NCBI GenBank assembly: GCA_002269645.1
Contig: NIVC01004581.1
Location: 1-41,387 of the forward strand
Direction of reading: 5' to 3'
Length of the DNA: 41,387 nt
DNA from: Macrostomum lignano
Lineage: Eukaryota
The position numbers were made by a program, and so were the translations under genes. Below are positions 1 to 12,284 of this stretch, piece after piece (position 1 is the first letter of the stretch; each line of letters begins with the position of its first letter). A model generated the notes under the pieces. It did not search any database. It was given only the letters and a program-made list of their open reading frames with translations, and was not told the origin of the DNA.

Positions 1-1280
1 CAGAGAAAGTAACTAAAAAATGTTTTGCTACGTCATCATTTTGTCTAAAATTGTTTCGCCATAATATTCTTAACTAGAAAGAACTGAAGCACTGGCTTTT
101 TCAACGCAAATTAAGCATTGCACAAAAATGGTAATTATAGCTGCTAATTGGTAACTGGTAATTGTTTCTGGTTTGCACAATTATCACTTTTGAGCTAGTT
201 TTATCCAGTTCTGATTCTTTCATTTCAGCAAAAAATGTATACATTACATATCGGTTAGAAATAAAATTTTCACTTGTCAAAATTAGCGCTTTATGATTTT
301 TTATTTGATTTGATTCACTTTGATTCAATGTGAGATAAGGGAAAGGAATTACCTAAGGCCATATATATTACATATTGCATGTGTAATTTTTGATTACACA
401 TTTTTGAGCTTATATACGCGGTCGGCGCTAAAGTTTCCAATTGAGTAAAATACAAAAAGCGCCGTATTTTAACCAAATGGGCGAATTTATTTAATAAGAT
501 GATTAAGTAATTCTGTGTCAAAAAGTTTAGGGTGGGTCCGGGTTTTGGTTACCGGTTAGGGGTTCAGGGTTCAGAGGTTAGGGTCTGGTTCTTGGTTAAG
601 GGTTTAAGGGTACGAGGTTTTGGGTTTACCCAGAACCCCAAAAAATTGCCATCCCGAACACCTATGACACAGGATTGATCACGCACAACTGTAAATATAG
701 ATAGCATTTGCTCATGCTCAAGCTCATGCAACATGCATGACTGCCATCATCTGTAGCCTGCAGAGTTCTAAAAAGTTCTTAAAAAATTAATACTTGCCGC
801 TCTACATTACTACTGTAGCCGTAATTATAGTAGTAAACATTACTATTGTATACATGATAATAAATATCTTGCAATTGGGAGGCTTCTAGAAAGAGATAAA
901 ATGATGGATTTATTAATTAAAGCGGAGATTGTACAAAAAATGCTAACGTTTTTCATCCATTTCCCTTCGGCCTTTTTTTCTCCATGTTGATGACTCGCTT
1001 GACTCGCTTAGCAGCGTCCCCCTGTTGGACCCCGCATGCAAGACTACCCACAAGAGTCTAAGCAGGCAAGATGTACTCTTGTGCGGGACGTGTGCGATCG
1101 CCATCCATCACAACTCTCTAGTGATAGACGACCTATTGATAAGGGCACCTGCTGCGGGGCTTGATACCAACATCGTAAGCTGCACTGGCATGTCGTCGGG
1201 GGGGGGTTTCAGTTTTCATCTTCTGCAGCCGCGGTAATGGTGCAGCCAAAGGCTACCGTTTGAAAGTCAGCCACTTATCT

Positions 1281-2165
1281 GGAGAGCCCCTAGGCCTGAC
1301 CTCGGTCAGCCGCTCCCCCAGCAGAGCCCCTATAGGCCTGACCCTCGGTCAGCCGCTCCCCCAGCAGAGCCCTATAGGCCTGACCCTCGGTCAGCCGCTC
1401 CCCCCAGCAGAGCCCCTATAGGCCTGACCCTCGGTCAGCCGCTCCCCCAGCAGAGCCCCTATAGGCCTGACCCTCGGTCAGCCGCTCCCCCAGCAGAGCT
1501 CCTATAGGCCTGACCCTCGGTCAGCCGCTCCCCCCAGCAGAGCCCCTATAGGCCTGACCCTCGGTCAGCCGCTCCCCCCAGCAGAGCCCCTATAGGCCTG
1601 ACCCTCGGTCAGCCGCTCCCCCCAGCAGAGCCCCTATAGGCCTGACCCTCGGTCAGCCGCTCCCCCCAGCAGAGCTCCTATAGGCCTGACCCTCGGTCAG
1701 CCGCTCCCCCCAGCAGAGCCCCTATAGGCCTGACCCTCGGTCAGCCGCTCCCCCCAGCAGAGCCCCTATAGGCCTGACCCTCGGTCAGCCGCTCCCCCAG
1801 CAGAGCCCCTATAGGCCTGACCCTCGGTCAGCCGCTCCCCCCAGCAGAGCTCCTATAGGCCTGACCCTCGGTCAGCCGCTCCCCCAGCAGAGCTCCTATA
1901 GGCCTGACCCTCGGTCAGCCGCTCCCCCCAGCAGAGCTCCTATAGGCCTGACCCTCGTCAGCCGCTCCCCCCAGCAGAGCCCCTATAGGCCTGACCCTCG
2001 GTCAGCCGCTCCCCCAGCAGAGCCCCTATAGGCCTGACCCTCGGTCAGCCACTCCCCCCAGCAGAGCCCCTATAGGCCTGACCCTCGGTCAGCCGCTCCC
2101 CCAGCAGAGCCCCTATAGGCCTGACCCTCGGTCAGCCACTCCCCCCAGGAGAGCCCCTATAGGCC
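1281..2165. repeat. Minisatellite, ~42-44 bp unit (CAGAGCCCCTATAGGCCTGACCCTCGGTCAGCCGCTCCCCCAG), ~21 copies
   Basis: Head-to-tail near-identical units varying mainly in C-run length. Each unit has a CTGACC-ctc-GGTCAG hairpin and a CCTATAGG palindrome. No spacers. Confidence 0.97.
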
Positions 2166-2813
2166 CACGCGTTTAAAGATGCACGCGTTTCGACAGTTTA
2201 AGCGTTATTCTGCTGAACAAGTAGAGTGAAAAGAAGTGAAGACACTGGAGAGGTGGTCCTATGCTGAATCTGATGGATTCAGAAGCTGCATGCTGAAAGT
2301 TCTGATGACTTGCGTGTAAAAAAGCATTGGATGCAGCAAAATCAGAACAGCAGAATCCTACGATGTATCCGACAGAGAGCGGCGGCGAGGTCACCAGTTC
2401 CGGTTGTAAAAAAAGAAAAAAGGGAAAAAAATCGAAAGATAAACTTCCGACAATAAAACGATTCAAACAATAAAAATATTAAAAATTTCCCTCAATAAAA
2501 ATTTTTGACCATCGCATATCTAGACAGAGGCAGCCTTGAGCCGGCACAAGAAATCATCCAGAAGCCATGGAGGCAGGAGCCTTGCTTTTTCTGCATTGGA
2601 ATTTCCTGACTTTCAGAAGAGTCGCCAGCTCGGTGCCATAAACTCGGCCATTAGCCGAACGACCAACACCTCTGAAGGCTTCCGGACTCTTCTGCATTTA
2701 AGAAAGTGGATTTCTGGCTCAGAAAATTCAAGCCATCAGCGACTCTGCAACTGCCGAACTGCGAATTCTTTCAACTCGAAGATTCAATCTCGCTCGATCT
2801 ACAAGCCGAAGTC

Positions 2814-2975
2814 ATGCTGAGATTTCTGATGCTCCTCGTTGCTCTGATTCTGGTGGGCGCCACGCAGCAGGCTCAGGCTGATTCATGCAGCTGCGAAGAT
2901 AACAAATGGCTGTGCAAGACCAAGTCAGGACGCTTCTGCGGTATCTGCCTTGGCCAGGGCGGCTGCTATGACTGA
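2814..2975 (+). CDS. Small secreted cysteine-rich peptide, 53 aa (MLRFLMLLVALILVGATQQAQA + DSCSCEDNKWLCKTKSGRFCGICLGQGGCYD); family unknown
   Basis: ATG 2814 to TGA 2973-2975. Textbook signal peptide (basic N-terminus, hydrophobic core, A-Q-A cleavage site), 6 Cys in a 31-aa mature part, and AATAAA at 3033-3038. Confidence 0.75.
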   Translation: MLRFLMLLVALILVGATQQAQADSCSCEDNKWLCKTKSGRFCGICLGQGGCYD

Positions 2976-3032
2976 GATGCCGAGAAGGCCCGACTTCGGA
3001 CTTAACAGGAACCACTAAACTTTGATTCTCTA

Positions 3033-3038
3033 AATAAA
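3033..3038 (+). promoter_or_regulatory. Candidate polyadenylation signal of the peptide gene
   Basis: AATAAA 58 nt after the stop codon, just before the (GTCA)n tract. Confidence 0.55.
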
Positions 3039-3117
3039 ACCGACCTATCATTGCAGCTACTTACCAACTTTGTGTGCAATGCTTGCATCCATAAAGCAAT
3101 GTATTGTTGTCATTCAT

Positions 3118-3563
3118 TCAGTCAGTCAGTCAGTCAGTCAGTCAGTCAGTCAGTCAGTCAGTCAGTCAGTCAGTCAGTCAGTCAGTCAGTCAGTCAGTCA
3201 GTCAGTCAGTCAGTCAGTCAGTCAGTCAGTCAGTCAGTCAGTCAGTCAGTCAGTCAGTCAGTCAGTCAGTCAGTCAGTCAGTCAGTCAGTCAGTCAGTCA
3301 GTCAGTCAGTCAGTCAGTCAGTCAGTCAGTCAGTCAGTCAGTCAGTCAGTCAGTCAGTCAGTCAGTCAGTCAGTCAGTCAGTCAGTCAGTCAGTCAGTCA
3401 GTCAGTCAGTCAGTCAGTCAGTCAGTCAGTCAGTCAGTCAGTCAGTCAGTCAGTCAGTCAGTCAGTCAGTCAGTCAGTCAGTCAGTCAGTCAGTCAGTCA
3501 GTCAGTCAGTCAGTCAGTCAGTCAGTCAGTCAGTCAGTCAGTCAGTCAGTCAGTCAGTCAGTC
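3118..3563. repeat. Perfect tetranucleotide microsatellite (TCAG/GTCA)n, ~111 copies
   Basis: Uninterrupted GTCA units preceded by 2-3 CATT units. Explains the SVSQ-repeat ORFs. Confidence 0.99.
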
Positions 3564-3899
3564 CCCTACTCACTGGAGACCAAATTAAATACCGCTGTGC
3601 CAGCCTTGCTACCATAGACAAAAGCTCCAATACAGCAAACGTTTCTTGGATTAAATTTAATGCGTGTAAGCCCAAAGGGGCTGCAAAAAGCTTTATTAGA
3701 ATAGCAGAGTTTACCGTGGAGTTTACTGCTTGTAAAACAGTCGATGTGATTTATGATTACTCAAAAACACAAAGCAAAAATCACAAGCCCATGCGAGTGA
3801 TATCGTCCATGGTGATTCTTCTCCCTACACTTTCCCACAGCTTCACAGGAAGAGTAGCACAAATTGAAGATAATTTCGTATTGAGATTTTTTATTTAGG

Positions 3900-4649
3900 A
3901 TGGCTGAATCAGCATTCTGTGGTATTCTGTGCCCGCAACCAACAACAACGAAGATGAGCAGAGACTCAATAAGCTGATTGCGTATATTGTGCCAGAAACT
4001 ACTAATAAGTGTAATGTGGATGGTAGAAATCTTTCGATCGTGTAATTGCGAAAAGAAGAAGACTTAATGGGCTAAAGGCAGAACATATGGACCGGCTTGG
4101 TGGTGCTGGCCGATCTATCCGAGAAGAGAAAGCGCGGTTTCAGCTACGTTCTTAAGTGGTTTATCCATAGATACGACATAAGTGTGGTGATCGCTTATCT
4201 GCATGGCGTATCGCATGTACGATGTACGTGAAGGATTATTTCAGCATGATGAAATGCAATGAAGATGAGTACCCGTTACGTAAAGGGTAGGGATTGCGTT
4301 GTGCCAGGACCTGTAATTCCATCTAGCATTGAAGAAACTCTTGTCTGAAGGTGTGTTTGGTAGTGATAGTCCATGACAACTCGTGAGTTCCGTGAGTTGT
4401 GCGGGGAGACCCTGTGTGTGATTGTCTACCTTGATTGAGGTTAATCGACTCTTACGGACCCAGCTCGACTCTCACTTTAACTATCAAGTCAAAAAACTGT
4501 TCAATAACTGTTCGTATATTCCAGAACATTATATAATATTTTTGCTCATTATTTGTTTGATTTATTTCCTGCTTATTCGTTATTCTTATTTATTTAGATC
4601 GTTTGTTTTATTTGGCCGGGACAAATAAATGCTTTTTTACATTAAAACA
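3900..4649 (+). mobile_element. Possible degenerate LTR-retrotransposon 3' remnant (integrase-tail-like stretch, polypurine tract, LTR-like segment)
   Basis: AAAGGGTAGGGA purine tract (4282-4293) followed by TG..., then a segment with AATAAA ending ...AAAACA at 4649. An upstream frame reads WTGLVVLADLSEKRKRGFSYVLKW, vaguely like an integrase C-terminus. No partner LTR in the window. Confidence 0.22.
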
Positions 4650-5550
4650 TATTGACTTTTTTGTCGTAACCAAAATTGGGGCTAAATTGATACCTACATG
4701 TGTGTACTATATAGTATACGTACGCAAGGACTTCTAGACTAGAAGTTAGTCTAGAAGCACGTCCTTGTACGTACGCAACAACGAAATAATCGGACAATGG
4801 TGATTAAGTTTGGCTTTTTGGACTCTAAGGGTAATTGGGCGAGTTCAATCTTCAGCATCGAGGAGCCTTTTCATATTGCTTGTTCTGGTTCCAGAACCAG
4901 AACCAATTTGTAAAGTATAACTTTTTGTCTCCATAACTAGAGGGAGATACGTGCTATAAAGTTTTTATTATTGAATGACAATCGCCAAGAAGAAAGTGAA
5001 AAAATGTGATAAGTGAGGTTGTTAAGGCAGTCAAACATTCAACAGAATTAAATAGTTATACTGCTGTTTTTCTTGGAAGATCCGAACCGATTCTGATACT
5101 GGTCTCGAGGTCTCGAGGTCTGTAATCGTGCTGACTAGTTTTTTTCGATTTTTAAGTTAAATGTAGATGCTGTGATGCTGTATATTCTTAATAAATTATC
5201 GATTTTGGTCATAAAAATTATGACTGTATAGAAACTAGAAGCCGCTTATAAATATTTGTTATATTATAATAAATGCTGCTATATGTTTTTAACTTCGTCA
5301 AGTTTACCATTTTTTCGTACCCTCAATAGGCTAGCTAGCATCATAGTAGTAGTCCACTTTAAAATTCTACTATTCTTATTTTTGGGCGGCTGGAGCCCAC
5401 TAATCTCTTTAGACGTGCTTCTTAGCGAAGTGCTTCATTTTCACACTGTTGTTGTGATCAACTGCAATCAACAAGCAATAGCATCATTGCTGATTGAAGT
5501 TAAGATTCCATAGGCCTAATCTGGCTTTTTATTTAGGCTTAGTTTAGGGG

Positions 5551-5570
5551 CCTAATTTAATTTTTTGTAG
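5551..5570 (+). promoter_or_regulatory. Branch point + 3' splice acceptor 64 nt upstream of the RSK start codon (5'UTR intron or trans-splice acceptor)
   Basis: CCTAAT...TTTTTTGTAG, followed by tandem CAG/CAG alternatives. Confidence 0.5.
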
Positions 5571-5633
5571 CTGCAGCAGACCCATTAATAGTATTTTTAT
5601 AGATAGGCTTATCTGTGTTAATCGAATAAAATC

Positions 5634-5693
5634 ATGCCAATTGCTCAACTTAGTGAACCATTCAAAGAAGTAAAGGTTGAAAAAACTCCTTCG
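5634..5693 (+). CDS. RPS6KA: p90 RSK coding exon 1 (MPIAQLSEPFKEVKVEKTPS)
   Basis: Resembles the vertebrate RSK2 N-terminus MPLAQLADPWQKMAVESPS. GTATGT donor at 5694, phase 0. Confidence 0.85.
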
Positions 5694-7781
5694 GTATGTA
5701 TTTTTGCTAAGTTTTATGCATGTCTTTTATTCAAAAAGTATGTCTAATTATCTTTGTAAGCTTTTTTCAGATATTTTTTTGTTTTGTGTTTTGTAATCTA
5801 TCATATCTTTTTAGTCTATAATTAGGGACTGTCTATGATTAGATATAGTCCATATGCTAGTGATGGATTGAAATTATTTTTTGTATTGAAATCAAAACTG
5901 AAATTTTCAGTTCTTTAGACTTGAAATCAAAATCAAAATTTTTTAAGTTAAACAAACTTTTGAATTTTGCTAATTATGCCAAAAGTTTAACAACTTACAT
6001 CTGCATTGTATATAGGCCCTACAAGCTTACATGTTTTTCTATAAAATATATTTGGTATTTAGACCTAAATACTTGAAATTACCTACTTAAAAACTTAGGA
6101 AATAAAAAAGCTGGTGCATTATACACTATACTTAGAGAAGAAAGTGTATTATTCACCACTATTTAAACTGGAGATCTATATGTAGATATATCAATTTCAT
6201 TAAGGCTTTAAAAGTCTAACTAATTAAATTCTACAGCCAATGAATTCAGCCAGTGTGCTTCCATGGAGGTTGAGGTGCATGCAGCACAAGGCTTGGAGCA
6301 ATGAGCGTACCCCATGCAATCTTTTCTTGCAAAAGAGGCGATTCTTGCCTCTCTACTAAGTCTGAATTGCACTTCTTTTCACTTCCTATAGATTTTCTTA
6401 TTTGTATAACATGGTCATGAATGCATAATTCTTAAAATATAACCAACATTTCAAAATGATTTTTGATGAATAGTGTCAAAATTCAGAATTGAAATTGAAA
6501 TTATTTTAATGCAAAATTAGTTTAGGTTTGAAATTTGGAATATTGAAATTGAAATTGAATTTTGATCTATCTCTACCATATGCTGTTTCATACTTGGAGT
6601 TATGCCTGAGGAAAATTGACAAAATTTCATAATTTGCACCAGACTTATACCAGGCTTAGGCCATAGCGTACCAAGCATAATGGACTAGGGGGTGGCCTAG
6701 GCAGTTTGTAGGAAGTTTTTTAATTCAAAAAAGTTTAATGCTTTTATTTGTATATTGCAATCATTAATTTATAAGTAAAAAAATAAAATGATAACATTGT
6801 CAAATGTTGTTGTGTTACAGTACAATTTATAAAATTAAAACTTATATTTTAATTTTTATAAATATAATATTTATAAAATATTTAATTACATAAATTCATT
6901 TAATCCTAATGTCATAGCCTTCAAAGTTTTATCTATTATCTATCTATAATCTATAGTTTTATGCCAAATTATTTTAATAGAGTTAGCAATTGCATCTATA
7001 TTATTTACTTTGTATATTATATATATTTATATCAATTTTTTGTTTGTCATAAATAAACAATACTTAATTAACTAGACCAATCTAATTTCTAGTAGGTAAA
7101 ATAAGTAAAATGTAGATAAGATAGATTTGCCATAAAAGCAATCAACCAAGTACTAAAATGGTAATAGGTAGTTTCTCTGTAACTAAAAATTCCTATATCT
7201 ATATTCATAGCTAATTAATTTTCTATAACTTTTAAATATGATGATAAATCCAATCACAATAGTTCTTGTATCATTTATTATTTAATGATGAAATTAAATA
7301 GTGATAGCAATGTTTTAACCTATTGCTTATTATAATATCTCATTTATTTATTGTATAAAAAGAATAGCTAGGATAGAGAAAAGAATAGCTATTTTAACCC
7401 CTAACTTTGCCCCACCCCTTAACCACAAAATGAACATATAACATGGAAAATCTCTGTTACTTAAGTCCATGACCCTAGAGACTTAAGAGTTTCCCTATGC
7501 CCTTTGCAATGAAAGCAAAAGTATCTATCTTAACTTTAGCCCCTAGGCCCTATCATCATAACTATAGAAAATGCACATGGCATTGAAAACCTTTATTGCT
7601 GAACTCCCTAAGCCTAAAGACTTAAGAGCTCTCCTTGCATTAAAAATAAAACATTTATCTTACACTTGGCCCCTATCACACCATGCACTCACTGTGCATT
7701 ATGGAAAATTAAACTTGAATTAAAAATTAGATTAAATTAAAATTAAACTGCGTGTTAGTTAACTTAATTAATTAATTTTAG

Positions 7782-7820
7782 ACATCAACATTGGAGGACG
7801 AACTTGGTGATGGAGCAGAG
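7782..7820 (+). CDS. RPS6KA: p90 RSK exon 2 (TSTLEDELGDGAE), 39 nt
   Basis: TTTTAG acceptor and GTAAGC donor. Phase 0-0 keeps frame between exons 1 and 3. Confidence 0.75.
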
Positions 7821-7961
7821 GTAAGCCATTGTATTTTTATATTTTGTTTAAATTTTAACCAAATATATTCGATACTCGTACAAGTTTATTGCATTGCGTG
7901 ACTGTGAATGCTAACTGCTAACTTGTTAACTAACTAAAAATACTGAATGTACTTTTCATAG

Positions 7962-8177
<216 letters not shown>

Positions 8178-8247
8178 TGATGCCGTCTTTAGAATTGACC
8201 AATTTAGTAATAAACCATTCAGCACTGATGGTTCAGGGTGAGTGGTA

Positions 8248-8560
8248 TGATGTAGGGTGATGGCAGATAATGGAAAGTGATCTGACGGAGATGATGCAGG
8301 GTGATGGCAGATAATGGAAAGTGATCTGCCGGAGATGACGCGGGTGATCTGCCGGAGATGACGCAGGGTAGATGACGGAGAGTCAGAGATGATGCAGGGT
8401 AGATGACGGAGAGTCAGAGATGATGCAGGGTAGATGACAGAGAGTCAGAGATGATGCAGGGTAGATGACGGAGAGTCAGATGATGCAGGGTAGATGACGG
8501 AGAGTCAGAGATGATGCAGGGTAGATGACGGAGAGTCAGAGATGATGCAGGGTAGATGAC
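8248..8560. repeat. RSK intron 3 minisatellite: ~42-bp unit x2 then 31-bp unit (GATGATGCAGGGTAGATGACGGAGAGTCAGA) x~6
   Basis: Direct tandem units visible. Ends ~25 nt before the acceptor. Confidence 0.93.
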
Positions 8561-8585
8561 GCAAACAATTGAACCCTTCCATTAG

Positions 8586-9810
<1,225 letters not shown>

Positions 9811-10334
9811 TGTTCTACCACTATCAGCATGCTCAGTTTCTCATTAGATCTAACCTAACAAAGCATTAGGCTTTGGAAAAAATTAGCGTTCTGGGACTGT
9901 GCCGCTGCTGATTCGGTCTGAATTTCCTGCAAAGTCTGGCAGCCCTGCTGGTGTGTAGCGAATATAGCGAGGTCACAGGGCTACTGCCGCACTTCGGAAT
10001 GACTTAAATTGCCTTCTTTGCCTGCCTGTAGAGATTGTGATTGGCCTGAAAGATATATATTTGTTTGCAGTAATATATTACTGTGCCTTACTGTGCCATG
10101 TGCATAAGTCACGAATGCTGCTGCCTTCTGGTCTGCAGCTGTTCACAGGGGGGGTGGGTGCAGTGACTAAAACTGACTGACTGTGTGTGTGGGCGGTGGG
10201 TATTCAGTCAGCTCGGCAGTTGAGCTGCCTCATTGATTTGACTTTGAAACCGATTCTCTGAATGGCATTGTTGCTTAAATTTCATAGAGCACTTTTGTTT
10301 TATTCTATCTTGTCGTGTTTGTGGTACTTTATGT

Positions 10335-10447
10335 AGGTCTGAGCACACCAGCAGATGCATGCAGATAACAGGTCTGAGCACACCAGCAGATACATGTAGA
10401 TAACAGGTCTGAGCACAACAACAGATACATGCAGATAACAGGTCTAG
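10335..10447. repeat. RSK intron 4 second array, 35-bp unit (ACAGGTCTGAGCACACCAGCAGATRCATGYAGATA) x3
   Basis: Three tandem units. Confidence 0.85.
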
Positions 10448-10512
10448 ACACTCAAAGAGGTACTCATGGCACCAACTAATCGATATCCCCATATAATCAC
10501 TGCCCTCTCCAG

Positions 10513-10832
10513 ACGAGCAAGGCCACATCAAACTAACCGACTTTGGCCTGAGCAAGGAGTCAATATTCGATGACGAGTCGAAGACTTACTCATTCTGCGG
10601 CACTGTTGAGTACATGGCCCCGGAGGTTGTCAACCGGAAGGGTCACGGTACCGCCAGCGACTGGTGGAGCTACGGCGTGCTGATGTTCGAGATGCTGACC
10701 GGCCAGCTGCCCTTCCAGGGGGCCAATAGGAAAGATACAATGCAGCAGATTCTCAAGGCTAAGCTCGGGATGCCTCAGTTTTTGTCGCCGGACGCGCAAA
10801 GCCTGCTTAGGGCGTTGTTTAAGCGCAATCCG
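10513..10832 (+). CDS. RPS6KA: p90 RSK exon 5 ([16 protein letters not shown]...[14 protein letters not shown]...LFKRNP)
   Basis: DFG, activation-loop SFCGT (PDK1 site) and APE. CTCCAG acceptor and GTAAGT donor. Confidence 0.97.
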
Positions 10833-10879
10833 GTAAGTAAATCTTGTGTACATTGAAGCTAATTTAGGTGTTTGCTATG

Positions 10880-11724
10880 TTTTAGTCAGGAATTAGCCAG
10901 GCATTAGTCATTAGTCAGACATAAACTAGGCATTAGCTAGGCATTAGTCTAGAATTAGTTACTTATTCTGACATTAGCCAGGCATTAGCCAGGCATCAGG
11001 CATTAGTCAAGCATTAGCCAGGCAATAGTCAGGCATTAGTCAGGCGTAAGCCAGGCAATAGTCAGGCATTAGTCAGGCGTAAGCCAGGCAATAGTCAGGC
11101 ATTAGTCAGGCATTAGTCAGGCATTAGTCAGGCGTTAGCCAGGCGTTAGCCAGGCGTTAGCCAGGCGTTAGCCAGGCGTTAGCCAGGCGTTAGCCAGGCG
11201 TTAGCCAGGCGTTAGCCAGGCGTTAGCCAGGCGTTAGCCAGGCGTTAGCCAGGCGTTAGCCAGGCGTTAGCCAGGCGTTAGCCAGGCGTTAGCCAGGCGT
11301 TAGCCAGGCGTTAGCCAGGCGTTAGCCAGGCGTTAGCCAGGCGTTAGCCAGGCGTTAGCCAGGCGTTAGCCAGGCGTTAGCCAGGCGTTAGCCAGGCGTT
11401 AGCCAGGCGTTAGCCAGGCATTAGCTAGGTATTAGTCAGGAATTAGTTACTTATTCTGACATTAGCCAGACATTAGCTCGGCATTAGCCAGGAATCAGGC
11501 ATTAGTCAAGCATTAGTCAGGCATTAGCCAGGCATTAGCCAGGCATTAGCTAAGCATTAGCTCGGTATTAGCCAGGCATCAGGCATTAGTCAAGCATTAG
11601 CCAGGCAATAGTCAGGCATTAGTTAAGTATTAGCCAGGCAATAGTCAGGCATTAGCCAGCAATAGTCAGGCATTAGTTAAGTATTAGCCAGGCAATAGTC
11701 AGGCATTAGTCAGGCATTAGCCAG
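10880..11724. repeat. RSK intron 5 minisatellite, 11-bp unit (GTTAGCCAGGC / ATTAGTCAGGC)
   Basis: Perfect core of ~26 units (~11133-11418) with diverged flanking units. Fills almost the entire intron. Confidence 0.96.
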
Positions 11725-11741
11725 CCCGCATCAACCCGCAG

Positions 11742-12272
11742 GCCAACCGCCTGGGCTTCGGCGCCCACGGCATGGCCGAGCTGAAGGCGCACCCGTTCTT
11801 CGCCAGCCTGCCCTGGACGGAGCTGCTCAACAGGCGGTTCCAGCCGCCCTTCAAGCCCGTGTGCACCAGGCCGGACGAGACCTTCTACTTTGACAACGAG
11901 TTCACCAATAAGACGCCCAAGGATTCGCCGGGAGTGCCGCCGTCTGCTACGGCGCACGAGTTGTTCAGGGGATTCTCTTACGTGGCCCCGATGCTGCTGC
12001 AGCAGACTGAGCAGCAGGCTGGAGACGCCGCTGCTGCCGCTAGCGACACCGCGCCCGCCGGTGGCGCCGCTGCGACAGCCGGCGTCGACGCCGCCGCCGC
12101 CTCCGCCGTCAATCCCGGCGTGAGAGCGGCCAAAAATGTTTCCCGACTGCCTGGCGTCCGGCCGGGGGAATTCCTTCAAGATTACGAGCTCAAAGAGCAG
12201 CTTGGCGTCGGATCCTTCGCCATCTGCCATCGCTGCGTGCACCGCGCCACAGGAGCCAGCTTCGCTGTCAAG
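11742..12272 (+). CDS. RPS6KA: p90 RSK exon 6: AGC C-tail, linker (TPKDSPGVPPS, FRGFSYVA), Ala-rich insert, start of C-terminal kinase (LGVGSFAICHRC...FAVK)
   Basis: Turn and hydrophobic motifs of RSK, and the CTKD Gly loop with its conserved Cys. CCGCAG/GTAAAG boundaries. Confidence 0.96.
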
Positions 12273-12284
12273 GTAAAGAGGCGT

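Noticed and set aside
1281-2165. CRISPR-like palindromic repeats
   Set aside because: Units are contiguous with no unique spacers, the context is eukaryotic and there are no cas genes. The same applies to the 70-bp array at 37935-38975.
2174-2185. Kolobok-like terminus TTAAAGATGCAC
   Set aside because: No matching inverted end found in the window.
3051-3898. Three long ORFs (172-264 aa) of SVSQ repeats
   Set aside because: Artefact of a stop-free (GTCA)n microsatellite.
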